In this document: piece by piece, positions 46,150 through 56,150 of the stretch
How positions within the stretch are numbered: the stretch's first letter is position 1
How the letters are laid out: each line of letters begins with the position of its first letter
Origin: Eubacteriales bacterium
Lineage (GTDB): Bacteria; Bacillota; Clostridia; Christensenellales; Pumilibacteraceae
Length of the DNA stretch: 64,000 nt
Direction of reading: 5' to 3'
Assembly (NCBI GenBank): GCA_031553855.1
Contig: JAVBKW010000003.1
Span: forward strand, 295-64,294
Position numbers and translations under genes: made by a program
Notes under the pieces: model-generated
Told to the model about the DNA's origin: nothing
Databases searched by the model: none
Seen by the model: the letters and a program-made list of their open reading frames with translations, nothing else

Positions 46150-46782
46150 TTATAATTCCACGACTCTTACTACCTTAGAGGGCAGCCTTATATCCATTCC
46201 CGCCAATATGAGCTTTTTCCTTAAGATGCGTTTTTTGACTGATTTTTGAACGGACGTGCTGACGGTTTCATTTCCCGAGCCGTAGCAAAGCACCTGCGCG
46301 TTAGGGGGCAGGAAACGGGCGTCGGAGACCGAAACGTGAACGCCGTAAGCTTTCGAGCATACCGCCAAAAACTTCTTTAGCTGCTTAGAATTTTTGCGCG
46401 AGTACTCCAGCCCGTCAAAATTCAGGTATATGTTTTTAACGGTAAAATCTGTTTTTGCCGCGAGGGCGACGGCTCTGTACTCGATGCGCGAAAGCCGTCC
46501 GAGTTTTTTTCTTGAAGAGCCTGTGTAGCCTGCTTGTTTTACCATTTCCTTTATAGACATACGATTCAACGGCAGTTGCGTTTTGAGCGCGCGGGCGCAG
46601 GCGACGAATTGCTCCACGCTCATATTGGAATAGGGTATTTCGCCGATCAGAAAATAAAGCTTTGAATTGAGAAAGTAGGTTGCGATTATTTCGTCGTTAT
46701 CGACGCAAATACTGTCCTCGCTATTTACCGACCTGAAAGCTCTTCGCTTTGCCGTTACGTTTCCCGTACAATATACTACCAT
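46150..46782 (-). CDS. hypothetical protein (about 210 aa), no recognised family
   Basis: I prefer ATG 46782 (MVVYCTG.., SD TGGAG) over the GTG at 46827. Confidence 0.55.
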   Translation of the reverse strand: MVVYCTGNVTAKRRAFRSVNSEDSICVDNDEIIATYFLNSKLYFLIGEIPYSNMSVEQFVACARALKTQLPLNRMSIKEMVKQAGYTGSSRKKLGRLSRIEYRAVALAAKTDFTVKNIYLNFDGLEYSRKNSKQLKKFLAVCSKAYGVHVSVSDARFLPPNAQVLCYGSGNETVSTSVQKSVKKRILRKKLILAGMDIRLPSKVVRVVEL

Positions 46783-46980
46783 AAATACTCCAAAATCAGA
46801 ATTATTCCCTACGGTAATTATTGACACATTAAAAACTATATATACATATAATATTATCTCGAAAATATTGCCGGAAATTCTAAACGTATTTATTCAGTGT
46901 TTCCTTAAAAAAAGGCTGTCTTAAAAAAAGACAGCCCCATTTTCGCTACAAATAATCATTTCGGTTTTCTTAAATTAGGA

Positions 46981-48063
46981 TCATTCGGTAAAAAGCACTA
47001 CTCTGTTTTTTCCGGCTAGCTTTGCCTTATACATAGCGTCGTCGGCGTTTGCGATAGACTTATGATAGGGCACGTCGGAGCTAAGCCTTGCGACTCCGCA
47101 CGAAACGGTATTGTATATTTTATTTCTTTCGGTCACGTGGATGCCGGTGGAGGAGAAGTCGTCGAGGATCTGTTGCGCCACGGCAACGGCTTTTTCATCG
47201 TTTTCGGCGCATATCATCGCTAAAAACTCCTCGCCGCCCCAACGCGAACACAAACCGTCCTCACCTGCGTTTTTGATTATACATTTGGATGCGGCTATAA
47301 GCACCTTGTCGCCTATATCGTGGCCGTAATTGTCGTTGACCTTTTTGAAGTTATCTAAGTCGAACATCAGCACATAATGCTTTTTGCCGGTTTTTTCTTC
47401 TCTGTCGTTTAAATTGGACGATATTTCTTTTAAATTGGTGTCCATAGCTCTGCGGTTGAGCAGCTGGAGCAGGTAGTCGGTGTTGGCCATACGGCTTAGC
47501 TCGTTTTCGCGCAGTTTTTCAAAAGTAACGTCGAATAGAAAAGCCATAAAAGTATTTTCGCCCGTTTTATAGGTGTACCGCCTGATAAAGCAGGGGAATA
47601 AGGACGCGGCAGGCTCAAGCTTCATATCGGCTTCAAAAAAAACAAGGTTTTTTTCTTCGATAGTGCGGAGGTCGTTTTTAAAAATTTCCAAAATATTTAT
47701 GCCCACGACTTCGCTGTCGGTTATCTTCCATTTCTTTTGCAGCACGTTTCCGCTTTTGCTGACGATCTTACCGGTCTTTAAGTCGCCCCATAAAATATCG
47801 GTGTTGCCTTGGGACTTGAACATATGAATTATCTGCTCGTCGTGGAGCTTGGTTTCCTTGCTTGCTTTGCAACGCAAACAAAGCAAGACTATGGCAGCGG
47901 CTGCAACAAGCGAAACGAATGCAAAAAGGCAGACTATAAGGGTAAAAGTCCCTTTTGATGCGGCGGAATAAAAAATGCCCGCGTCGTTTAACTTAAACGA
48001 CGCTTTATCTATACCTGCACAAAGTGCGCGGGTTTTGAATTGAAGGGAGAAAATATTATTCAT
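46981..48063 (-). CDS. membrane-anchored diguanylate cyclase (GGDEF domain, sensor-like N-terminal region)
   Basis: 360 aa with one TM and the GGEEF active-site motif in SRWGGEEFLAM, plus an inhibitory-site-like RxxD context. Confidence 0.88.
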   Translation of the reverse strand: MNNIFSLQFKTRALCAGIDKASFKLNDAGIFYSAASKGTFTLIVCLFAFVSLVAAAAIVLLCLRCKASKETKLHDEQIIHMFKSQGNTDILWGDLKTGKIVSKSGNVLQKKWKITDSEVVGINILEIFKNDLRTIEEKNLVFFEADMKLEPAASLFPCFIRRYTYKTGENTFMAFLFDVTFEKLRENELSRMANTDYLLQLLNRRAMDTNLKEISSNLNDREEKTGKKHYVLMFDLDNFKKVNDNYGHDIGDKVLIAASKCIIKNAGEDGLCSRWGGEEFLAMICAENDEKAVAVAQQILDDFSSTGIHVTERNKIYNTVSCGVARLSSDVPYHKSIANADDAMYKAKLAGKNRVVLFTE

Positions 48064-48247
48064 TAAATAAAAATTCCGATCATTATTTATTTTATAGAGA
48101 TGCTTTTTGCTATTATATCATAAGTTTAATTAAAAAGAAAGTATTTACTTTAGGAAAAATAGTTTTTATGTCAAAATCTGGATAAAAAATGCAAAAAAAA
48201 CAAAAAAAGTCGTGAAAAAATGGTTTATCAACGACTTTTTTAGTGCT

Positions 48248-49291
48248 TTAGTGAATTTTTCCGTTTGAATACTCTTTTAAAGTGTAGATAGTATGGAATT
48301 GTTCGGTTCTGGTATTGGTATTATATTGTATCTGCTTCATCTCAAGTATTATTTTATTAGAAACGTTTTTAGTGACGGAATGCGTGAATACCGCCGACGG
48401 CTCGCTGATGTATAAGTAGAAAGGAGGGCCTTTGGGCTCGGCCGCCTTTGAATAATATGTGCTCATGCAGTTTACGCTGTAAACCCCGTCCGTCGACTTA
48501 TAATCATCGGACAGATAAAGCTGCGCGATGGAGGGCTCGACGGTTTTTGAAACAAGGGCTTTTTCTGTGGATATAGTAGTTTTTGAAGGGGTGTATTTAT
48601 CCTTTTTGCCAAGGCTTTGCGAAATATCGTAGATATTGGAATTGTTGATGACGGTCGAGCTTTCAGGTTTTGTGGTTTTGAGGGCGCGGATGATATAGAG
48701 AAGCTGCTCGTTATCGAAATACTGAAGGTTTGACTGGAGCGCAAATTCCTTTTCAAATTTATAACCGGACTGGGGTGTGCCGGTAAGCGTGTCAACTTTT
48801 TGCCCGATATAGGCCGACGCGCGATTGTTTTTATAGTCCGCCGTTACTTTAAAGGAAGAAGTGTCGGTATATTTACCGGAGGTGTTTTTGCGCGACGCGC
48901 TTTTCACGGTTTTCTCCGAGCTTATCGAGGCAAAACCGCTGTTTGCAAAGCGCACAGTACTTTCAGCCTCGTCCGTCAGGCCTCTGTTTTGCAGGGCTTT
49001 TTCCGTATCCTTATATACAAGCGTAGTCTTCATGGTAACGTCGGCGTATTTGACCGTTCCGGGCACTATATTGAGAACATACTCAAGCGTGCCCTCGGCA
49101 ATGACTTCTCCGTTGACGTTTTCCTCGCCCGATTTTACCCGCTCATAAATCTTAACGTCGTAGAGGCACCTTTCATAATCGTCGCCCCACGGCTCGGTCA
49201 TTTCCCAATCGTAAACGACGTTAGCCGGCGCGCAGGCCGCCGCCGTAAACGCAATCAATGCGGATAATAAAAACAACAGGATTTTTTTCAT
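48248..49291 (-). CDS. lipoprotein of unknown function
   Basis: 347 aa with signal peptide and lipobox FTAAACA. Confidence 0.65.
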   Translation of the reverse strand: MKKILLFLLSALIAFTAAACAPANVVYDWEMTEPWGDDYERCLYDVKIYERVKSGEENVNGEVIAEGTLEYVLNIVPGTVKYADVTMKTTLVYKDTEKALQNRGLTDEAESTVRFANSGFASISSEKTVKSASRKNTSGKYTDTSSFKVTADYKNNRASAYIGQKVDTLTGTPQSGYKFEKEFALQSNLQYFDNEQLLYIIRALKTTKPESSTVINNSNIYDISQSLGKKDKYTPSKTTISTEKALVSKTVEPSIAQLYLSDDYKSTDGVYSVNCMSTYYSKAAEPKGPPFYLYISEPSAVFTHSVTKNVSNKIILEMKQIQYNTNTRTEQFHTIYTLKEYSNGKIH

Positions 49292-49388
49292 TTAAGTTCC
49301 TTAAAAAATAAGATTTGCTTACTTTAGATTTTTTAAAAAAAATTGACCGCAGCTAAACTTTACCAGTTTTTGCTATAAGCGGCCATTT

Positions 49389-49464
49389 TGGTGGGCAATA
49401 CAGGGCTCGAACCTGTGACTTTCACCACGTCAAGATGACACTCTCCCAACTGAGTTAATTGCCC
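49389..49464 (-). tRNA. tRNA-Val (anticodon GAC), CCA encoded
   Basis: Reverse complement is GGGCAATTAACTCAGTTGGGAGAGTGTCATCTTGACGTGGTGAAAGTCACAGGTTCGAGCCCTGTATTGCCCACCA. Promoter TTGTAT-17-TAAAAT is upstream on the minus strand. Confidence 0.93.
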
Positions 49465-49662
49465 TCATTAATAAATCCTGTTTATTTTATCATATTTTGA
49501 ATCGTAATACAAGCATTTTAAGGAAGAATTAGATGAAATTTTGCAAAAGTGAAATTTTGCAAATTGCAGATTGAAAAATTAAGGGAGTAACGCTCTGTCA
49601 GAGGATGGCGGGCGAAAACTTCTTGATTTAGCCGCATAAATGAAGTATAATCATATTAATAG

Positions 49663-52600
49663 ATGGAATGTGTTTATATACAAAAGAATTCATACGTTGA
49701 GGCGTTTGAGGATCTAAAGCGCAAGCTTAAAGAGCGGACGGTCGATTTAAGAAAGAAGCATTATGTTATCGTGCCGGACAATTTTACGCTGCACACCGAA
49801 AAGCTGTTGTTTTCCGGCGGCGGGGCGTTCGACGCGGGCGTTTATACTTTCAACCGTCTTTTTTCTTTGTTTGCCGGGGCGGAAAACTATCTTCCGCGTC
49901 ACGGCGCGGTCATGCTGCTTAAAAAGGTCATAACGGAAAACGCGGATAAGTTGAAGTTTTTCTCGCGCAGCGCGCTGTTCAGCGGTTTTGCCGAAAAGCT
50001 TTACGACACTATACATATGCTTGTAAACTGCAAAATAGCGCCGCAGGATCTTTGTACGGGGCGCGAAATAGATTTAAAGCTGAGCGACATCAGCCTTTTA
50101 TACGCAGAGTATTTAAAGGCGGCTCAAGGCAAATACGTCGACGCTGCGGGGCGTATGGCTCTTCTTGAGGAATATGCCGCCACGGCGGACTTTTCAAATA
50201 CGCATTTCTATTTTACGGGCTTCGACGGTTTCACGAAGCAAGAGTCCGCGATAATCGCGCTGCTGTGTAATAGCGCGGCGGGCGTTACCGTATACAATAT
50301 CTCCCAGTTTAATTTGTCCTTTGGCGAGGCGGAGTTCTACCGCTCTTCCGATGCCGCCGACAGGCTCAAAGCCGCGGCAAAGCGCATACGCGCGGCTGTT
50401 AAGGAGCAAAACTTAAGCTACGGCGATATCGGGATAATCGCGCCGCCCTCGATTTATCTGACGGCAAAACGGATATTGTCCGAGTTCGACATACCTTTTT
50501 ATATCGACAGGAAAATGAACGTCGGACAGCAGCCGCTTTCGCAGTTTTTAGAGCTTTTGTTTAAGATAGCCGAACGCGGTTATATGTTCGCCGATATTAT
50601 TGCTCTTTCAAAAAATTATTTTTCCGGAATAGATAAGCCGGACGCGGATATTTTTGAAAATTACTGCCTTAAATATTGCGTAGACTACGACAGGTTTTAC
50701 GCCGCTTTCAATTATGTTATAAGCGCGCCGCCAGATTTTTTTTCCGAGGGCGAAAAACACGGGCGAAGATTAAAAGAAGAGGCCGCCGCTGAAAAAGTGC
50801 GGCAAAAAATTTGCGCGTTCATCGCCGGATTTAAGAAAGAGTACAAAAAATTTATGACGGCGGAGGAGTTTTTAAGCCTGATCGGGCATTTGTTGACAGA
50901 AGCGGACGCAAAAGCCCGCTGTGAACTTTTGAGCGATATTTGCGGCACAGATATGAACTCGGTCCCCGAAAAAATACTAAGCTGCGCCTCGCTTATGAAA
51001 AAAATATATCCTTTTAACAGCGTCGCGGCAAAAGACCTATTAAGGATGCTTTCAGAAGGGCTTTTAGCCTCGACGGTTTCTCTCATTCCTAAAAAACGCG
51101 ACGCAGTAAATATTGGCGATGCGAACGTTTTCCGCGCGGGCGGAGTTAAATATTTATTCGTTATGGATTTTTGCGAGGGCGAAATTCCCCCTTACGTTAA
51201 GGACTGCGCGCTTATATCCGATCCCGACATCGATATCCTTTCCTCTTGCGGCGTAGAGATCGAGCCTAAAATAAGCCGCATCAACGCGCGTTATGCCGAC
51301 GATTTCTTTTTCGCGGCGGCCGCCGCTCCGAAATTGTTTTTAGCTTATTCCGATACCGGCGATAAAAGGCTTTCTTCCGCCGCGGCCGTTATTGAAAAAT
51401 ATGCAAAAAAAGTTTTTAAAAACTCTATTGAGGACGAAAACGAGTTTCTCTATTCGTATAAGGACGAGCCTTCTGTTCAGCAGCAAGCGCGTATCGCGCG
51501 CCACTGTTCAAGCGCGGGCAACTCTCTTGAGATGCTGCTCATATCTCTTGCCGACGTCAACGACGGAGCTAAAGGCCTGCCCTTTGCTTCCGAGCTTGCC
51601 GCGGCTGCGGGGCAAGAGTCCGTCTCAAAATTCCTGGGCATCGCGAAAGGCCGCTCACCGGTTTTAGAAAAAAGCGAAGAGCTTTTTTTCAGGAAGGGTT
51701 TCACTTCCATAACCGCGCTTCAGGATTATTTTTTCTGCCCTCAATATAATTTTTTAAAGAACGGCCTTGTGTTGTCCGAACGCAAGGACGGCCGCCTGAC
51801 GCCCGTCGATATCGGGACCCTTCTTCATGAGGCGGTAGAGAAATTTGTAAAAAATAAGCGCTATGACGATCCCGCTGCGGAGATGAAAAGGATAGTAGAC
51901 TCAATTGTCGAAAGCAGTCAAACGTACGCCCTTGAGGCAAATAAAGGCCTTATAAAGCGTGCCATGGCCGAGGCGGAGAAAATCGCGGGTGTTTTAGCCG
52001 CTCAAATCGAGGCTTCGCAGTTCGTTCCCTCGTACTTTGAGGAGAGCTTCGGATACGGCGAAAAAGACAAATTTAAAACTGTTTATTTGAACGCGGGCGG
52101 ACGGGAAATAGCCGTCAGGGGCAAGATAGACAGGATAGATACCTGCCGCGGCTACGCGCGTATTATCGACTATAAAACCGGCCGCCCCCAAAGCGCGGAA
52201 TTCGATTTTAAAAAAGCGTATTTCGGCAGGCAGCTCCAGCTGCTTATATATATGTCGGTTCTGAATTTAAACGGCTATAAAACTGGCGGGCTTTACTATT
52301 TTCCTTGCTCCGTTTCCTGGGACGACGACGAATACTCCCACCGCTTGTCCGGGCTCACAAATCTTGCGGCAGAGGTCATTTTGGCAAGCGACCGCGCTTT
52401 AGAAGAGCCCGGAGTAAAAAGCCGTATCATTAACGCAAGGCGCAAAAAGGGGCAGGCAGAGGATGAGGACGGATGCTTTTTGGGCGCGGGGCTGTTTGAT
52501 GCGCGCCAGCTTAGCGGGTTTTGCGACTACGCCGTCAAAATATCGCAAACCGCCGCAGGCGAAATACTGTCGGGGTTTATTAAGCCGTCGCCGTATGAAA

Positions 52601-52740
52601 ACGGCTGTTCTTTCTGCGCGTTTAAGTCCGCCTGTAACGCCTCCGATAAGGATAAAAAGATGCGTAACCCTTATAAGGTCAAGGCGGAAAACATATTGTC
52701 TGTTTTTAATGAAAATGCGGAAGGCGGCGGGGATTTTTAA
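49663..52740 (+). CDS. addB: helicase-exonuclease AddAB, subunit AddB (RexB-like, no N-terminal Walker A; C-terminal Fe-S nuclease domain)
   Basis: 1025 aa with C-terminal Cys ligands (CPQYNF ... CSFCAFKSAC) and a PD-(D/E)xK nuclease motif (IDRID..IIDYKTG). Confidence 0.88.
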   Translation: MECVYIQKNSYVEAFEDLKRKLKERTVDLRKKHYVIVPDNFTLHTEKLLFSGGGAFDAGVYTFNRLFSLFAGAENYLPRHGAVMLLKKVITENADKLKFFSRSALFSGFAEKLYDTIHMLVNCKIAPQDLCTGREIDLKLSDISLLYAEYLKAAQGKYVDAAGRMALLEEYAATADFSNTHFYFTGFDGFTKQESAIIALLCNSAAGVTVYNISQFNLSFGEAEFYRSSDAADRLKAAAKRIRAAVKEQNLSYGDIGIIAPPSIYLTAKRILSEFDIPFYIDRKMNVGQQPLSQFLELLFKIAERGYMFADIIALSKNYFSGIDKPDADIFENYCLKYCVDYDRFYAAFNYVISAPPDFFSEGEKHGRRLKEEAAAEKVRQKICAFIAGFKKEYKKFMTAEEFLSLIGHLLTEADAKARCELLSDICGTDMNSVPEKILSCASLMKKIYPFNSVAAKDLLRMLSEGLLASTVSLIPKKRDAVNIGDANVFRAGGVKYLFVMDFCEGEIPPYVKDCALISDPDIDILSSCGVEIEPKISRINARYADDFFFAAAAAPKLFLAYSDTGDKRLSSAAAVIEKYAKKVFKNSIEDENEFLYSYKDEPSVQQQARIARHCSSAGNSLEMLLISLADVNDGAKGLPFASELAAAAGQESVSKFLGIAKGRSPVLEKSEELFFRKGFTSITALQDYFFCPQYNFLKNGLVLSERKDGRLTPVDIGTLLHEAVEKFVKNKRYDDPAAEMKRIVDSIVESSQTYALEANKGLIKRAMAEAEKIAGVLAAQIEASQFVPSYFEESFGYGEKDKFKTVYLNAGGREIAVRGKIDRIDTCRGYARIIDYKTGRPQSAEFDFKKAYFGRQLQLLIYMSVLNLNGYKTGGLYYFPCSVSWDDDEYSHRLSGLTNLAAEVILASDRALEEPGVKSRIINARRKKGQAEDEDGCFLGAGLFDARQLSGFCDYAVKISQTAAGEILSGFIKPSPYENGCSFCAFKSACNASDKDKKMRNPYKVKAENILSVFNENAEGGGDF

Positions 52741-52775
52741 CAAGGATATGTCAAACGCTTACAAAGGAGGTAAGA

Positions 52776-55700
52776 ATGGCTGAAATAAAATGGACTGACG
52801 AACAAAAGCAAATAATAGAGCACAAAGGCTGCGACCTAATCGTTTCGGCCTCGGCCGGCTGCGGCAAAACGACGGTTATGATCGAGCGTATATTGTCGCT
52901 TTTAGAAAACGGCGTACCTCTTGAGAAAATGATCGTCTGTACTTTCACTAAAGCCGCGGCGGCGGATATGCGCGCAAAGCTGCATAAACAGCTTCTAAAT
53001 TTAGCCGACGAAAAGGAATATGCCCGCGCCGCTCTTAAAGCTCTTCCGCCCGCACAGATTTCCACGCTCCACAGCTTTTGCCAGCATCTGATCAAAACAT
53101 ATTTCTATGCATCCGGAGTGGACCCGTCCTTTGAAATTATGGAGGAAAACGACGCCGGCGCGGCTCTTTATGCGTCCGCTGAAAAGGTCATACTGGAAAA
53201 AACAGCGGAGGGAGATGCGGATTTTGCGCTTTTACAGGAAGCGATGATGAAGAACCGTTCGCTTGCCTCGCTTACCGAGGAGCTTGTCCGGCTCTACTAT
53301 TTTGCCTCGTCGCAGCCCGATTTTGAGGGCTGGCTGGATAAATGCCTTGACAATTATCCGCATCATGCGGAGCATCTTGACGTGATAGTCAAAAGCTTCG
53401 ACGCCGACTTTGAAAGCCTGTCGCAAAAAGCGGAGCAGCTTGAGGAGGCGACTGTGCGCGCCGATTTTAAGCGGAATATCCCAGCCTGTCAGGATCTGTG
53501 CTATGCCGTCAAAAGCCGCTTACCTTTAAGCGTTATCCCAAAAGGCAAGCTTCCCTCCGAGGCGGTGCTTCTTGACCTTAACGACGTCCTTGCAGCTCTA
53601 AAGGAGGAATACAGAAAACTCTTAGGCGAGCTGGATAAATGCCGCGTCTCAAGCGACCCTATTCTTGCAAAAAGCGCGGCGGCTCATTTTAAGGATATGG
53701 CGCTGCGGCTAAAAAAGCAATATGGGGACGAAAAGAATGCTAAAGCTTACGCCGACTACGCCGATTTAGAGCATTTTGCGCTCAAAATTCTTAAAAATGA
53801 AACAGTAAGGCAAAGCTTAAAAGGGCAGTTTAGTTATATGTTCGTCGATGAATATCAGGACATCAATCCTATACAGGAGGAGATCATAGGGCTGATAATA
53901 GCGGAAAAGTTCTTCGTGGGCGATATAAAGCAGTCGATATATGCGTTCAGGATGTGCGAGCCGGATATTTTCGTTCGCAAGTCCGACCGCTTTTTAAAAG
54001 GCGAGGGCGGAGAGGCGAAGTTCCTTAATTCCAATTTCCGTTCCACTCCCTCGATACTGGATTTTTGCAACCGTCTGTTTTCCCGCATTATGACAAGGCC
54101 GTTTGGCGGAGTCGATTACAGTAGGAGCGCGAAATTTCTTTTCAGCGGAGAAGGGCAGCCAAGCGACGTGCGTATCGCGTTTATTACGGAGCAAAAAAAA
54201 GAGGAAGAGGAACGAGAGTACGGGTTTTATAGCGTAAAACAGCATCCTGAGACGGAAAGCGACGAGGAAAACGACGCGCAGGTAAACCTTATTACCGACA
54301 GGATATTTGAGATAATCGACTCCGACCCTGACGCGTCTTTTTCCGATATAGCAGTTTTAGTCCGTTCAAATTCCTCACTTGTATCAAGGCTTAAAGAAAG
54401 GCTCAAAAAGCAGGGAATACCTGTGAGCGTAAGCGACAAAAAGAGCGCAAGCGACTGCACCGCCGCCGCCGCGCTTATCGAATACTTAAAGCTTATCGAC
54501 AACCACTTTGACGACGTTGCACTTGTCGCCGTTATGCGCTCGGCCTTCGGCGGCTTTTCCGATTCCGAGCTGGCTCAGATACGCCTTGCGGCAAAGGACG
54601 GAATGTATTTTAACGAGGCTGCGTTTGATGCGGCGGAAAATTTGTCCGGCGCGCTGAAAGTTAAGCTGCAAAAATTTTACGGCTCACTTTTGCGCTATAC
54701 GCAGATGTCTTACGCGTTAAAGGCGTCCGAGGTAGCGGCGGCAATATGCGCTGAAAATGATTATTTCAAGTATGTGTTCGGCTCAAGCGAGGGCTTAACA
54801 AAGGCGCGCGAGCTTGCCGCGTTCTTAGACGCTATGGAGAGCAGTGTTTATAATTCTTCCGTACCTGCGTTTGTGGCGGCGTTAAAAAACGATATGCCTC
54901 AAGTTTCGCTTGCCGCCGAAACCGACGCCGTAAAAATTATGACGATTCATTCCTCAAAAGGGCTTGAATTCGACTATGTTATTTTGGCGGACGCGTGCAA
55001 AGAGTTTAACCGTAAGGATTTTTCAAGGCCGCTGCTTTTAGACCCTGAGCTTGGCCTTGCCGCTAAGTTTTGGGACGAGTCCGACAAATCTGCAAAAAAA
55101 ACAAGCCTGTATATGCGTATCGCTATGAAAAACAGGCGGAAGATGACTGAAGAAGAAATGCGTATACTCTACGTCGCGCTGACCCGTGCAAAAAAGTCGC
55201 TGACAATAACGGGATTTAAAAAGGAGCTGCCTCAAAAACCTCCGCCGCCCGAAAAGGCTGAAAGCTTTTTTGACTGGTTTTCTTACGCGCTGCCCGATAT
55301 AAAAAACTATATTTTGGACGCGTCCGAATGTATAGCTCCCGCTGCGCGCCCCGAAAAAAGAATATTGTACTCGAAGCCCGATCCGGTTTTATTAAAGCTT
55401 ATAAAGGACTATACGGATTTTAAGCGCGTTGAAAATTCCGCGCCTTTTAAGGTGAGCGTTACCGGCATTGTGGAGTCAATGCCGGATGAAGAGCCGGAAA
55501 ACTCCGCCGAGGGCAGGACGGTCAGGTTGTTCGAGGACGCCGACAAGGCCGCGGAAAAAGGAACGGCGTACCATAAATTTATGGAGCTGTTCGATTATCG
55601 TCAGGATTTTGAAGCTGAATGGGGCAGGGTTTATCCTTTAGTTGACAACAGCGGACTATGCAGCCGCAATGAAATTGAAAAAGCGTTTAATATTTTTAAG

Positions 55701-55994
55701 GAATATATTGCCGGTCGCGAGTTTTTCCGCGAGCTGCCTTTTATTGCCGATATCCCCGTAGAGGGACTGTATGAGGACGGAGTTCTTGTTCAGGGCATTA
55801 TCGACCTTTTAGTAAAGGACGGCGGCGGCTATGAAATAATAGATTATAAAACGGGCGTTTTAAACGCAGATAAGCTCCGCCATTATTCAAAGCAGCTTTC
55901 CCTTTACGAGCGCGCCGCGAATAGAATACTAGGCTCTAAAATAAAAAACAAATATATATACAGCTTTGAAAGCGGAGAGTTTGTAAAAGTCTGA
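52776..55994 (+). CDS. addA: helicase-exonuclease AddAB, subunit AddA (UvrD-like helicase plus nuclease)
   Basis: 1072 aa with Walker A ASAGCGKTT, VDEYQD, and the C-terminal nuclease motif GIIDLL..IIDYKTG. SD AAAGGAGG. Confidence 0.92.
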   Translation: MAEIKWTDEQKQIIEHKGCDLIVSASAGCGKTTVMIERILSLLENGVPLEKMIVCTFTKAAAADMRAKLHKQLLNLADEKEYARAALKALPPAQISTLHSFCQHLIKTYFYASGVDPSFEIMEENDAGAALYASAEKVILEKTAEGDADFALLQEAMMKNRSLASLTEELVRLYYFASSQPDFEGWLDKCLDNYPHHAEHLDVIVKSFDADFESLSQKAEQLEEATVRADFKRNIPACQDLCYAVKSRLPLSVIPKGKLPSEAVLLDLNDVLAALKEEYRKLLGELDKCRVSSDPILAKSAAAHFKDMALRLKKQYGDEKNAKAYADYADLEHFALKILKNETVRQSLKGQFSYMFVDEYQDINPIQEEIIGLIIAEKFFVGDIKQSIYAFRMCEPDIFVRKSDRFLKGEGGEAKFLNSNFRSTPSILDFCNRLFSRIMTRPFGGVDYSRSAKFLFSGEGQPSDVRIAFITEQKKEEEEREYGFYSVKQHPETESDEENDAQVNLITDRIFEIIDSDPDASFSDIAVLVRSNSSLVSRLKERLKKQGIPVSVSDKKSASDCTAAAALIEYLKLIDNHFDDVALVAVMRSAFGGFSDSELAQIRLAAKDGMYFNEAAFDAAENLSGALKVKLQKFYGSLLRYTQMSYALKASEVAAAICAENDYFKYVFGSSEGLTKARELAAFLDAMESSVYNSSVPAFVAALKNDMPQVSLAAETDAVKIMTIHSSKGLEFDYVILADACKEFNRKDFSRPLLLDPELGLAAKFWDESDKSAKKTSLYMRIAMKNRRKMTEEEMRILYVALTRAKKSLTITGFKKELPQKPPPPEKAESFFDWFSYALPDIKNYILDASECIAPAARPEKRILYSKPDPVLLKLIKDYTDFKRVENSAPFKVSVTGIVESMPDEEPENSAEGRTVRLFEDADKAAEKGTAYHKFMELFDYRQDFEAEWGRVYPLVDNSGLCSRNEIEKAFNIFKEYIAGREFFRELPFIADIPVEGLYEDGVLVQGIIDLLVKDGGGYEIIDYKTGVLNADKLRHYSKQLSLYERAANRILGSKIKNKYIYSFESGEFVKV

Positions 55995-56150
55995 GGACGG
56001 AGCCGAACCCGGATTTTTTGGCGAAAAACCGCAAATTATGCTTTTGCAAAAATATTTCTAATAAATTTGACAAAAAAGAAGAAGTATAGTAATATATATG
56101 TTATACTGACATCGGTATGTAAATTATAGTAAAAAAACAGGAGAGTTTTT

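Noticed and set aside
46150-46782. Degenerate ABC/SMC-like Walker B, D-loop and H-loop pattern (IYLNFDG ... GVHVSVSDARFL) in the orphan protein
   Set aside because: The resemblance rests on a few residues and there is no Walker A or signature motif. It is not supportable without a profile search.
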